Assembly: GCA_041184445.1 (NCBI GenBank)
Contig: JBEGJW010000001.1
Location: 1-60,724, forward strand
Length of the DNA stretch: 60,724 nt
Direction: 5' to 3'
DNA from: Actinomycetota bacterium
Lineage (GTDB): Bacteria > Actinomycetota > Acidimicrobiia > Acidimicrobiales > Ilumatobacteraceae
In this document: one piece after another, positions 16,947 through 25,185 of the stretch
How the letters are laid out: each line of letters opens with the position of its first letter
Numbering within the stretch: position 1 is the stretch's first letter
Notes under the pieces: generated by a model
Told to the model about the DNA's origin: nothing
Databases searched by the model: none
The model's input: only the letters and a program-made list of their open reading frames with translations
Translations under genes and position numbers: made by a program

Positions 16947-18448
16947 TGTGCACCCCCATCAATCCAAGGATTTCCTGCAACGCGTTCTCCCGTTGCAAAA
17001 CTTTTCACAGCAATTGCAATTGCTGCAATTACACACACTGTGAACAGCCCGTGCCCTGCTGCTGAAACCGTATTCCACAATCGTGCAGGTCCGGAATAAT
17101 CAAAGTCTTTAACTGAATCTGCTTGTTGATCAGCAAAGCCAGCGATGTACATCGGAAGTGCAGCAAACACGGTTGCAACGAAACCAAGTGCACCAATTCC
17201 AACAACTGCTTTTGCTGGCAACATGCGACCCCACAGAGTCGGACCCCAAAACGCAATAGCTGCCCAGGCAACAAGCACCGTCCCGTAGCTGATGTAGACG
17301 AGCACGGCTTCTTCAAATACGGTTCCCGAAAGATTTGCACTCGAGATCAATTGCACAGCATTACCAAGCATTGCGGTGAGAATCATTCCGCCACCAAGAA
17401 ACGCTGGGACGAACGGTGCGATCATTTTGATCGAATCAGATTTCAATGCCAGCAATGCAAGGCCAAGTACTACGACAACGCCGAGAATTGGCAGCAAGTT
17501 AAACAGTGCGTATGGCACGAAGCTTTTCGCTTTGTCTGACAATGTCCCAGTCCATGCAAAACCATGCACGTTTTGTGTAACGGATCCGAGAAGCGCAACG
17601 GAGATAAGTCCAACGCCAATAAAAACACCACCACGTAGCGGTTGAGTTCTGCGTGCAACTGCTGGTGCAAGTTCCGCAAGTATTCCAACTGCCGGAATGA
17701 TGTACAGGAACGTTTGTGGTTGCGACATTGACCAGCCAAGCCACTTGATAATGCCCATATTCCCGTCAAAGGCAACGCGTGTGTAGTGATGATCAACCGC
17801 TAGATAAATCAAAGTTCCCAGCGTTACGGGAAGTGTGAGTACCAAACTTGATGAGCCAATAAGTGCAGACCATGAAAACGACGGAACGTCTGCCAAATCT
17901 GTACCGGCAGTTCGTGCGCTCAACACCGTTGCAACAACGCTGACCGCAGAAGCAAGTAGACCCACAATGACGAGTGCGAGACCCAAGAGATATAGGTCAA
18001 CCATTTGTGCGTTTCCACCGCCTGGTCCACCGTTTGCAACAAGCGAACCGACCACCAATGAGCCACCAATTGCCCAGAGAAAGAAGCCCATCATGGCGTT
18101 GCGAGCAAACATGACCGATCGCGATCCAACTTGAGTTGGTGTAATCGCAAGTGAGAGGCCAAGCATCAATGGAATCATCACGCCAAATGACGCGAGTGTC
18201 TTCGACGCAGCAAATAACTGCGTCATCATTCCTTCATTGAATATCAGTGTTTTGCTGTCGATTCTTTCGAATCCCAGCAGCGCACCAACTCCGACAAATG
18301 CGAGTAGCCAGAGTGCGGCAGTACCAATGAAGAGTCGACCGATTCGCTTGTGATCGGTGGTGGTGAGCCAAGCACCCACCGAACCCAGAAATCCTGAGTC
18401 GGCAGTGGCCTCGGCACCCAGTGTGGATGGCAGATTGACCGTGGTCAT
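16943..18448 (-). CDS. Heme-copper oxidase subunit I-like 12-TM protein lacking the heme and CuB histidine ligands
   Basis: The COX1 N-terminal signature WLTTTDHKRIG is present, and the protein is collinear with the CtaD encoded in this window. Ligand motifs are substituted: LFAASKTL (vs MFTMHATT), WSMSQPQTFLYIIP (vs WIFGHPEVYILILP), TQNVHGF (vs WAHHMF), EAVLVYI (vs VAHFHYV). Confidence 0.7.
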   Translation of the reverse strand: MTTVNLPSTLGAEATADSGFLGSVGAWLTTTDHKRIGRLFIGTAALWLLAFVGVGALLGFERIDSKTLIFNEGMMTQLFAASKTLASFGVMIPLMLGLSLAITPTQVGSRSVMFARNAMMGFFLWAIGGSLVVGSLVANGGPGGGNAQMVDLYLLGLALVIVGLLASAVSVVATVLSARTAGTDLADVPSFSWSALIGSSSLVLTLPVTLGTLIYLAVDHHYTRVAFDGNMGIIKWLGWSMSQPQTFLYIIPAVGILAELAPAVARRTQPLRGGVFIGVGLISVALLGSVTQNVHGFAWTGTLSDKAKSFVPYALFNLLPILGVVVVLGLALLALKSDSIKMIAPFVPAFLGGGMILTAMLGNAVQLISSANLSGTVFEEAVLVYISYGTVLVAWAAIAFWGPTLWGRMLPAKAVVGIGALGFVATVFAALPMYIAGFADQQADSVKDFDYSGPARLWNTVSAAGHGLFTVCVIAAIAIAVKSFATGERVAGNPWIDGGAQ

Positions 18449-18512
18449 AACGAACTAGACACTAACAATGGCAGGGGCTTCCGCCCGACTTCCCCACTTT
18501 GTGCAATTGTTC

Positions 18513-19442
18513 CTAGCGAAGTAAAACGTCCACCGTGAGCGCAACAAAAATTGCCGTGACGTAAGTAATGGAGAAGGTAAACAGTCGCATCGACCGCTTT
18601 TCCGAAGGGTCACTTCCCAGCTGGACAGCCCCGATGACAAAAGCCACGCCAAATACCAACGCTGTAACTCCGTAAATCCAGCCGAGTTCGGCAATAGGAA
18701 TGAGGACGAGGGTGGAAATGGTGAGCAGCAAGGCATAGACCGTCATCGACCGAACCGTTCGCTCTAAAGAGACCACCACCGGCATCATCGGCACACCCGC
18801 TGCTTTGTAGTCGTCTGCGTGTCGAATCGCCAGCGCCCAAAAGTGTGGAGGCGTCCAGAGGAAAATGACTACAAACAGAACAACTGGTGCCCAGCCCAGT
18901 GAATTTGTTACTGCGGCCCAACCAACCAGCACCGGCATCGCCCCGGCTGCGCCACCGATCACGATGTTTTGTTTACTGGTGCGCTTTAACCACAGTGAAT
19001 AAACAAACACATAAAACAATGTTGCGGTCACAGCCAAAATTGCCGCAAGCAAATTTGCTCCAGCCCACAACACACAAAAGGCAATGATTTCAAGTGCAAT
19101 TGCAAAAATCATTGCTGCTCGCGGCGTCAAAGCGCCCGTTACCAGTGGACGATTTTGCGTACGGACCATGAGTTTGTCAATGTCACGATCGATGTACATA
19201 TTGATGGCATTCGCTCCACCGGCGGCAAGAGTTCCTCCAACAAGAGTGACCACCATTAATTGGATTGACGGCCAACCCTGATTCGCAAGCACCATCGTTG
19301 GCACGGTGGTAACCAGTAACAATTCGACAACTCGAAGTTTCATCAATGCGATGTAGGAACCGATCCGAGACGACGGTGCACCACCACGGGATTTGTGACT
19401 GAAAAACCGCGATGGGATAACAGGTCGAACGTCGAGAGCCAC
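18513..19442 (-). CDS. ctaB: Protoheme IX farnesyltransferase (heme O synthase)
   Basis: UbiA-family prenyltransferase. [39 protein letters not shown] and [12 protein letters not shown] are CtaB/CyoE motifs. Confidence 0.93.
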   Translation of the reverse strand: MALDVRPVIPSRFFSHKSRGGAPSSRIGSYIALMKLRVVELLLVTTVPTMVLANQGWPSIQLMVVTLVGGTLAAGGANAINMYIDRDIDKLMVRTQNRPLVTGALTPRAAMIFAIALEIIAFCVLWAGANLLAAILAVTATLFYVFVYSLWLKRTSKQNIVIGGAAGAMPVLVGWAAVTNSLGWAPVVLFVVIFLWTPPHFWALAIRHADDYKAAGVPMMPVVVSLERTVRSMTVYALLLTISTLVLIPIAELGWIYGVTALVFGVAFVIGAVQLGSDPSEKRSMRLFTFSITYVTAIFVALTVDVLLR

Positions 19443-19532
19443 AGGCTTAGGCTACGGCGCTTAAAGAGTTGCTACCAATCGGAGCATTGCCGCACGAGCA
19501 GAACACACCATGATTCACGGCAGAATGTCCAT

Positions 19533-19850
19533 GTGCCAATACACCGATTGTCGAACACCGATGTACGACCAATTGACGTTGTTGACCCCGGCACCGATAT
19601 TGCGCCAGATACCGACCGCCCTTGGATTGTGCTCGTGTGGAATGACCCAATCAATTTGATGTCGTATGTGACTTTGGTCTTACAAAAGTTGTTTGGATAC
19701 AGCCTGGAAAAAGCAACGGAATTAATGCTCGATGTCCACAACAAAGGGCGTGCTGTGGTTTCTTCCGGTACTCGCGAGCGTGCCGAATTTGATGTGTATC
19801 GACTTCATGAACACGGTTTATGGGCAACGATGCAACGAGAGGACGCGTAA
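19533..19850 (+). CDS. clpS: ATP-dependent Clp protease adaptor ClpS
   Basis: [46 protein letters not shown]...GLWATMQ is canonical ClpS. The start is uncertain. GTG 19533 is chosen because the ORF-track start at 19395 overlaps ctaB head-to-head by 48 nt. TTG 19548 is also possible. Confidence 0.85.
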   Translation: MPIHRLSNTDVRPIDVVDPGTDIAPDTDRPWIVLVWNDPINLMSYVTLVLQKLFGYSLEKATELMLDVHNKGRAVVSSGTRERAEFDVYRLHEHGLWATMQREDA

Positions 19851-19852
19851 TC

Positions 19853-20353
19853 GTGGCTCGAAAAAATAAAGGGCCAGTAACACGAATCGATGCGTCGTCG
19901 TACTCGCTCAACATTGACGCAAGTGACCGCACAACATTGAACGCTCTGCTTGATCAATTGCGAGATGTATTAATGAATGATTCATCAAGTGACATCGCAC
20001 GCCGTCTCTTCCCTGCTGCTTATCACCAAGACGAACAACACGAACAGGAATATCAGCGACTAATGCGCGACGAATTGCTGTCGTCGCGCCTTGCTTCGCT
20101 CTCCCTCACATCAACGCTGCTTGAGCGCGAAGCATCTGCCGACAAGGTTGTGGTCACTGCCGACGAACTCGATGCACTGATGCGCTCCATCAATAGTCTG
20201 CGACTCGTCCTTGGCACCCTGCTCGATGTTGACGAGGATGAGTTTGAAGCAGGCCTCAATGAAGACGACCCCGCATATGGCCAATATCAGCTGTATTCAT
20301 ATCTGGGTTGGCTTTTGGACTGGGTAGTGACTGTCCAAACCGAATTCAATTAA
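19853..20353 (+). CDS. DUF2017-family protein (conserved ClpS neighbour in Actinomycetota)
   Basis: Acidic ~166-aa protein immediately after clpS (GTG 19853, 2 nt after the clpS stop). The motif LFPAAYHQDEQHEQEYQRL...DELDALMRSINSLRLVLG fits my recollection of DUF2017. Assigned mainly by synteny. Confidence 0.6.
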   Translation: MARKNKGPVTRIDASSYSLNIDASDRTTLNALLDQLRDVLMNDSSSDIARRLFPAAYHQDEQHEQEYQRLMRDELLSSRLASLSLTSTLLEREASADKVVVTADELDALMRSINSLRLVLGTLLDVDEDEFEAGLNEDDPAYGQYQLYSYLGWLLDWVVTVQTEFN

Positions 20354-20390
20354 CGGGGGGAATTCGCAGAGTCACTGGTAGATTTCTAGG

Positions 20391-20405
20391 GCTCTTCCAA
20401 CTAAA
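20391..20405. repeat. Left arm of a 15-bp perfect inverted repeat bracketing the tRNA cluster
   Basis: GCTCTTCCAACTAAA, 11 nt upstream of tRNA-Glu. It is the exact reverse complement of 20736-20750. Confidence 0.8.
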
Positions 20406-20416
20406 TATTCGTCCAT

Positions 20417-20489
20417 GCCCCCATCGTCTAGTGGCCTAGGACACCACCCTTTCAAGGTGGCGGCACGGGTTCGAATCCCGTTGGGGGTG
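20417..20489 (+). tRNA. tRNA-Glu (anticodon TTC)
   Basis: 73-nt cloverleaf with acceptor GCCCCCA/TGGGGGT (G1-U72), anticodon loop CTTTCAA and T-loop TTCGAAT. No encoded CCA. Confidence 0.93.
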
Positions 20490-20554
20490 CAAAAGCAGTA
20501 CGTACATAAACACGATCAATCGTGAAGTGTTCACAACGAACACTTTGCAACATT

Positions 20555-20628
20555 GGTCCCGTGGTGAAGTTGGAGTTCACGCCGCCCTGTCAAGGCGGAG
20601 GTCGCGGGTTCGAGTCCCGTCGGGACCG
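20555..20628 (+). tRNA. tRNA-Asp (anticodon GTC)
   Basis: 74-nt cloverleaf with acceptor GGTCCCG/CGGGACC, anticodon loop CTGTCAA and T-loop TTCGAGT. No encoded CCA. Confidence 0.93.
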
Positions 20629-20652
20629 CTGAGTAGTGCTTGCACTTCTCAA

Positions 20653-20725
20653 GGTCGGGTAGCTCAGTAGGCAGAGCATGCGCCTGAAAAGCGCAGGGTC
20701 ACCGGATCGACGCCGGTCCCGACCA
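20653..20725 (+). tRNA. tRNA-Phe (anticodon GAA) with an unusual T-loop
   Basis: 73-nt cloverleaf with acceptor GGTCGGG/CCCGACC, D-arm GCTCAGTAGGCAGAGC and anticodon loop CTGAAAA. The T-arm is ACCGG-ATCGACG-CCGGT, which puts A where T54 is normally found. No encoded CCA. Confidence 0.88.
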
Positions 20726-20735
20726 CAAGAGTTTG

Positions 20736-20750
20736 TTTAGTTGGAAGAGC
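20736..20750. repeat. Right arm of the 15-bp inverted repeat bracketing the tRNA cluster
   Basis: TTTAGTTGGAAGAGC, 10 nt downstream of tRNA-Phe. It is the reverse complement of 20391-20405. Confidence 0.8.
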
Positions 20751-20752
20751 AG

Positions 20753-21562
20753 TTATTCAGGTCGTATACGCACGAGTGTCTCTTGCGCAATCGTTGCAAT
20801 ATGTGTGCCGTCTTGTGCAAACACATAACCAAACGTAAGCCCACGTGCACCATTGAAGTTCACACAACTCATTTCATATAGATGCCACTGTGACGCAACC
20901 GATGGTCGATGAAACCACACGGTGTGATCCAAGCTTGCACTAAAACGTCGGCCCTCATTGCTTGCGCGCGTGATTTCAGGAATACCTTCAATAACACTTT
21001 CGTTAGGCAAGTCGTCCGACAAATATGCGATGGCACAACGATTCAATAACTCATTACTCAGTGGCAAATCTTTTGCTCGTAACCACGCAGCTACATGTCC
21101 CGTGCCTTGTCTATTCACACCACGGATAGCAGTTGCTGGAATAGTTCGTCGTTCTAAAAATGTGCTCCACGAAGATTCTTCAATGTCATCTGGAAGTGGA
21201 AGGTCGGGCTGTGGATGAACTAACTGTTCATTGATTGAATCTTCCTGCACTTGAAACGATGCTTCAAGATTTAAGATCGCGCCATCCTGTTGACGGGCTA
21301 CAACACGACGCGTTGTAAAACTCTTGCCGTCACGAATTCGATCCACCTCGTAGCGAACAGGTTGAGTGTTGTCGCCACGGCGAATGAAATATGCACGCAA
21401 CGAATGCGGAAGTAGCTCAGGACTTACGGTGTACGCAGCTGCACGAAGCGCTTGCGCCACAATGTGCCCACCGAATAGTCCTCCCCATGGGTATTCGTGG
21501 CCTTCGCCAACGAATACATCTGGCCCGTGAGGGGCTAGATCAAATAACTGTTCAAGGTTCAC
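20753..21562 (-). CDS. tesB: Acyl-CoA thioesterase II
   Basis: 269 aa. The double-hotdog TesB pattern is present: FGGHIVAQALRAA...HSLRAYFIRRGD...PVRYEVDRIRDGKSFTTRRV...LDHTVWFHRP. Confidence 0.88.
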   Translation of the reverse strand: MNLEQLFDLAPHGPDVFVGEGHEYPWGGLFGGHIVAQALRAAAYTVSPELLPHSLRAYFIRRGDNTQPVRYEVDRIRDGKSFTTRRVVARQQDGAILNLEASFQVQEDSINEQLVHPQPDLPLPDDIEESSWSTFLERRTIPATAIRGVNRQGTGHVAAWLRAKDLPLSNELLNRCAIAYLSDDLPNESVIEGIPEITRASNEGRRFSASLDHTVWFHRPSVASQWHLYEMSCVNFNGARGLTFGYVFAQDGTHIATIAQETLVRIRPE

Positions 21563-21580
21563 CGCAAATGATTGTTGAAA

Positions 21581-21964
21581 TTACTCAACTGTCAAAACAA
21601 ACACGACCTCTTCCGAGACGTGACTTTCAATATCGAACGTTCCAGCATTTGATGCAACAAATTCGATCACTGATTGTTGACCCTGTGCCATTTCACCTGT
21701 TGTTAAGTCATACCCGTGAACATGAATTTCATCTGGACCATTTGGATTAATGAAGGTGATTCGCACAGATGAACCGAGTGGCACAGTCTGCATCATGTCT
21801 GGGCCAGTGTTTTCACCAACAATCAAGCTGATTTCGACAACGTTTCCAGCGGCCACTGCTGTATCTGTCGTTTCATTTGCAACGGTGGTGTCCGATGACG
21901 ATGAGGACGAACATCCGGCAAGAAGCGCAACGGTTACCGACATACCAATAAGTATTTTTTTCAT
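21581..21964 (-). CDS. Small lipoprotein, beta-sandwich/cupredoxin-like, function unknown
   Basis: Lipobox signal MKKILIGMSVTVALLAGCSSS, a Ser/Thr linker, then a beta-rich domain with EIHVHGYD and FDIESH (possible metal ligands). Its start overlaps the pyrE stop by 4 nt. Confidence 0.55.
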   Translation of the reverse strand: MKKILIGMSVTVALLAGCSSSSSSDTTVANETTDTAVAAGNVVEISLIVGENTGPDMMQTVPLGSSVRITFINPNGPDEIHVHGYDLTTGEMAQGQQSVIEFVASNAGTFDIESHVSEEVVFVLTVE

Positions 21965-22530
21965 GATCCAAACTCAAATCCAAGGTCGGGGGCGGTCAAC
22001 ATTGGAACATACGGTACACCAGCGTTATGTGCCATCTCGGCACATGTTCCACCGCGATCGACGATTACAGAAATAAACGCAGGAATTGCTCCAAACTCGC
22101 GAATCGCTTCTACCGCTTCAAAAATTGATGTTCCACGTGTCACCGTATCTTCCACAATTGCTACACGATCACCGGGTTGCAATGCACCAGCAATACGCCC
22201 GGTTACTCCATGATCTTTTGATTCCTTACGCACACTAAAGCTGCGCAGGTTTCTTCCTTGTGTTGCACCAACAGCAGCAACGCCGTAAGCAACAGGGTCA
22301 GCACCCATAGTGAGTCCACCTATTGCATCAATGTCAGCTGGAAGAATGTCAAACGCAACAGCAGCAACAAGCAAAATTCCATCTGGTCTACATGCAGTTT
22401 GTTTTGTATCAAGAAACCACGAACTTGCACGACCCGACTTCAATGTGAAGTTTCCCTTTTTCAGAGAATGAGTAAGTACATGCTCACGCAGTGCTTCTCG
22501 CTGTTGGTCTAAACGTGGAAGATCACTCAT
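21961..22530 (-). CDS. pyrE: Orotate phosphoribosyltransferase
   Basis: FTLKSGRASSWFLDTK, GGLTMGADPVA and the PRPP-binding loop VAIVEDTVTRGTS. Confidence 0.92.
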   Translation of the reverse strand: MSDLPRLDQQREALREHVLTHSLKKGNFTLKSGRASSWFLDTKQTACRPDGILLVAAVAFDILPADIDAIGGLTMGADPVAYGVAAVGATQGRNLRSFSVRKESKDHGVTGRIAGALQPGDRVAIVEDTVTRGTSIFEAVEAIREFGAIPAFISVIVDRGGTCAEMAHNAGVPYVPMLTAPDLGFEFGS

Positions 22531-23840
22531 TATGAATGTGCAATTCGTGCAGCGGCATCGAGTGTTTTGCTGGTATGTGCCAGTGATCGGCGCAAGTCAA
22601 ATGCATCGTCAAGTTGTTTACTCGACAGTTTTACGCGCGCATCATTTTCTAACACCGTGCGCAATTGCTGACGCTGGCTCCACGCAGATGCGGCATCGTC
22701 TTGCACGATTCGATAAGCGTCATCGCGCGTCAGACCCGAATCAACGAGTGCAAGTAGTACAGGTTGCGAAAACACCACGCCAAAACTGCTTGACAGATTG
22801 TCCAACATGCGTTGAGTATCTACTTCGAGGTTTGCAAGCACCCTGGTCAGTCGTTTTGTCACGTAATACGCAAGCATTGCTGAATCGGGCAACACAATAC
22901 GTTCGGCAGAAGAATGCGAAATATCTCGCTCATGCCACAAGGCAACATTTTGGAGACCGGTTTGCAAGTTTGAACGGAGTACGCGCGCAAGGCCTGTAAG
23001 CGTTTCTGCAGAAATCGGATTGCGCTTGTGCGGCATTGCCGAACTGCCTTTTTGTCCAGCTTTGAATCCTTCACGAACTTCACTGACTTCGGTCCGTTGT
23101 AGATGTCGTAGCTCAACTGCGATTGCTTCGATAGTTGTCCCGAGCGATGCGCATGCCCACAAGAACTCTGCGTGGCGATCGCGCGCAACCACTTGTGTTG
23201 CAGGAACAGCTACAAGACCAAGAGCTTTGGCCACGTGTTCTTCTACGTCGGGGCTGATATTTGAATATGTTCCAACCGCACCAGACAACTTGCATACGGC
23301 AATTGCTTCACGCGCAGCGCGCATGCGAGACCGATCGCGATCTACCTGCAATGCCCAGAGCGCAACCTTTGCGCCAAAGGTTGTTGGTTCGGCATGAATG
23401 CCGTGCGTTCGGCCAATCATCACGGTGTCTCGATGAGTTTGCGCCAACTCCTGCAGTTTTGTGATGAGTTCGTTCATTGCGCCAAGTATGAGTTCTGTGC
23501 CATCTTTCAACATCCAACACCAAGCCGTGTCAACAACATCGGTACTTGTCAGTCCGTGATGGATCCATGCTCCCGCTGGCATACCTATAGCTGCTTGCAC
23601 CACGTCAACAAAAGCAGCCACGTCGTGGTCTGTTATCAGTTCACGTTCGGCAACATTGCGAACAAATGTGTCATCAACTAGTGGCGCTTTAGCGCGACAT
23701 ATCTGTGCATCAGGTTGTGGAACTACCCCAAGTTTTGCTTGCGCTTCAGTAGCAAGTAGCTCAATTTCTAAATAACGCGCAAACTTGGAGCGATCAGAAA
23801 AGATCTCCGCAATTTCTGGAAGTGCATATCGATCGATCAT
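22530..23840 (-). CDS. purB: Adenylosuccinate lyase
   Basis: [16 protein letters not shown]..., [13 protein letters not shown] and the fumarate-lyase signature [11 protein letters not shown]. The ATG at 23840 overlaps the purA stop (ATGA). The ORF-track start at 23855 lies inside purA. Confidence 0.95.
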   Translation of the reverse strand: MIDRYALPEIAEIFSDRSKFARYLEIELLATEAQAKLGVVPQPDAQICRAKAPLVDDTFVRNVAERELITDHDVAAFVDVVQAAIGMPAGAWIHHGLTSTDVVDTAWCWMLKDGTELILGAMNELITKLQELAQTHRDTVMIGRTHGIHAEPTTFGAKVALWALQVDRDRSRMRAAREAIAVCKLSGAVGTYSNISPDVEEHVAKALGLVAVPATQVVARDRHAEFLWACASLGTTIEAIAVELRHLQRTEVSEVREGFKAGQKGSSAMPHKRNPISAETLTGLARVLRSNLQTGLQNVALWHERDISHSSAERIVLPDSAMLAYYVTKRLTRVLANLEVDTQRMLDNLSSSFGVVFSQPVLLALVDSGLTRDDAYRIVQDDAASAWSQRQQLRTVLENDARVKLSSKQLDDAFDLRRSLAHTSKTLDAAARIAHS

Positions 23841-25108
23841 GCACGCACCACACATGAATCGCGTTCTGGCCCAACTCCAATAATGCTCACTGGTACTCCC
23901 ACATATTTTTCAACAAGTTCAACAACGGCTTGCGCGCGAACGGGAAGTTGCTCATAGGTACGACACGCACGGATTTCTTGCTTCCAGCCTGGCAAGTCCA
24001 CATAAGTAGGCGTTATCTCGCCTAACAATTCGCTGTCATCGGGGTAACCGTCGAGCGGTTTTCCGTTAAGCGAATATCCGATACACACGCGTACTTCGTC
24101 GAAAGTGTCCAAGACATCTAATTTCGTGAGCGCAATTTCTGTGAGCGAATTAATTCGCACAGCATGACGAAGCATGACCAAGTCGAGCCAGCCAGGACGG
24201 CGGCGGCGTCCAGTCACCGTTCCAAATTCGTGGCCAATGTCAACAATTTTGTCTCCGAGTTCACCAATCAGTTCAGTAGGAAACGGACCAGAGCCAACTC
24301 GAGTGGTGTACGCCTTTGCAATACCAACCACGCGCGAAATGTGCCGCGGCCCAATTCCTGTTCCTGCACACGCACCACCTGCAGTTGGATTGGACGAAGT
24401 CACAAACGGATACGTTCCATGATCAAGATCGAGGAATGTTGCTTGAGCTCCCTCTAACAACACGTTGTCACCAGCTTCAATCGCTTTATGCAGTGCGTTC
24501 ACCGTGTCTGCTACGTATGGCTGTAATCGTGTTCCAAGTTCGGTGAACTGAACAACCATTGCTTCAACATCAAATGATTCTCCTCCTAGTGCAACGAGCA
24601 TCTCTCGTGCCGCGGTTGCACGCTCGCGAACAAGTTGTGCAAATGCTGAGATATCACGCACCATGCCAACTCGCAGTCCAACACGAAGGGCTTTGTCGGC
24701 ATAAGCAGGCCCGATTCCCTTCAGCGTCGTTCCAATTTTTGCGTCACCCAATTTGGATTCATGCAATGCATCCAGCATTTGATGCCATGGAAAGATGAGT
24801 TGCGCCAAACTTGACACCATTAATTTGCTGCACGAAATTCCACGACTCTCAAGTGAATCAATTTCCTTAAATAACGTTGGCAAATCCACCACAACGCCGT
24901 TACCAATTACGGGAGTGACATGTGGATACAACACACCACTTGGAATAAGTTGCAGCGCATATCGCTGATCACCAACGACAACCGTGTGTCCCGCATTGTG
25001 TCCACCTTGATAGCGAACAACATGTGAATGTGTTTCGGCAAGGAGGTCAATGACTTTGGCCTTGCCCTCATCACCCCATTGGGTACCGACGACTACTGCT
25101 ACGGGCAT
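23837..25108 (-). CDS. purA: Adenylosuccinate synthetase
   Basis: [23 protein letters not shown]...GGHNAGHTV..., [29 protein letters not shown]. Confidence 0.97.
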   Translation of the reverse strand: MPVAVVVGTQWGDEGKAKVIDLLAETHSHVVRYQGGHNAGHTVVVGDQRYALQLIPSGVLYPHVTPVIGNGVVVDLPTLFKEIDSLESRGISCSKLMVSSLAQLIFPWHQMLDALHESKLGDAKIGTTLKGIGPAYADKALRVGLRVGMVRDISAFAQLVRERATAAREMLVALGGESFDVEAMVVQFTELGTRLQPYVADTVNALHKAIEAGDNVLLEGAQATFLDLDHGTYPFVTSSNPTAGGACAGTGIGPRHISRVVGIAKAYTTRVGSGPFPTELIGELGDKIVDIGHEFGTVTGRRRRPGWLDLVMLRHAVRINSLTEIALTKLDVLDTFDEVRVCIGYSLNGKPLDGYPDDSELLGEITPTYVDLPGWKQEIRACRTYEQLPVRAQAVVELVEKYVGVPVSIIGVGPERDSCVVRA

Positions 25109-25185
25109 GCAACGCTCCTGAAGTTGTGGGGAACGTAATCAGATCATACTGCGCCCAGCGCAAACCGCCTCTGCCGACTGGGCGG

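Noticed and set aside
19395-19532. The long ClpS N-terminal extension overlapping ctaB head-to-head
   Set aside because: ClpS proteins are about 100 aa. The extension has no ClpS similarity and would overlap the ctaB start by 48 nt, so a downstream GTG or TTG start is preferred.
20354-20752. The inverted repeats flanking a tRNA cluster, as possible att sites or MITE ends of an integrated element
   Set aside because: The bracketed DNA contains only the three tRNAs and short spacers. There is no integrase, no direct repeats and no cargo. A processing stem is the more economical reading and is reported as a finding.
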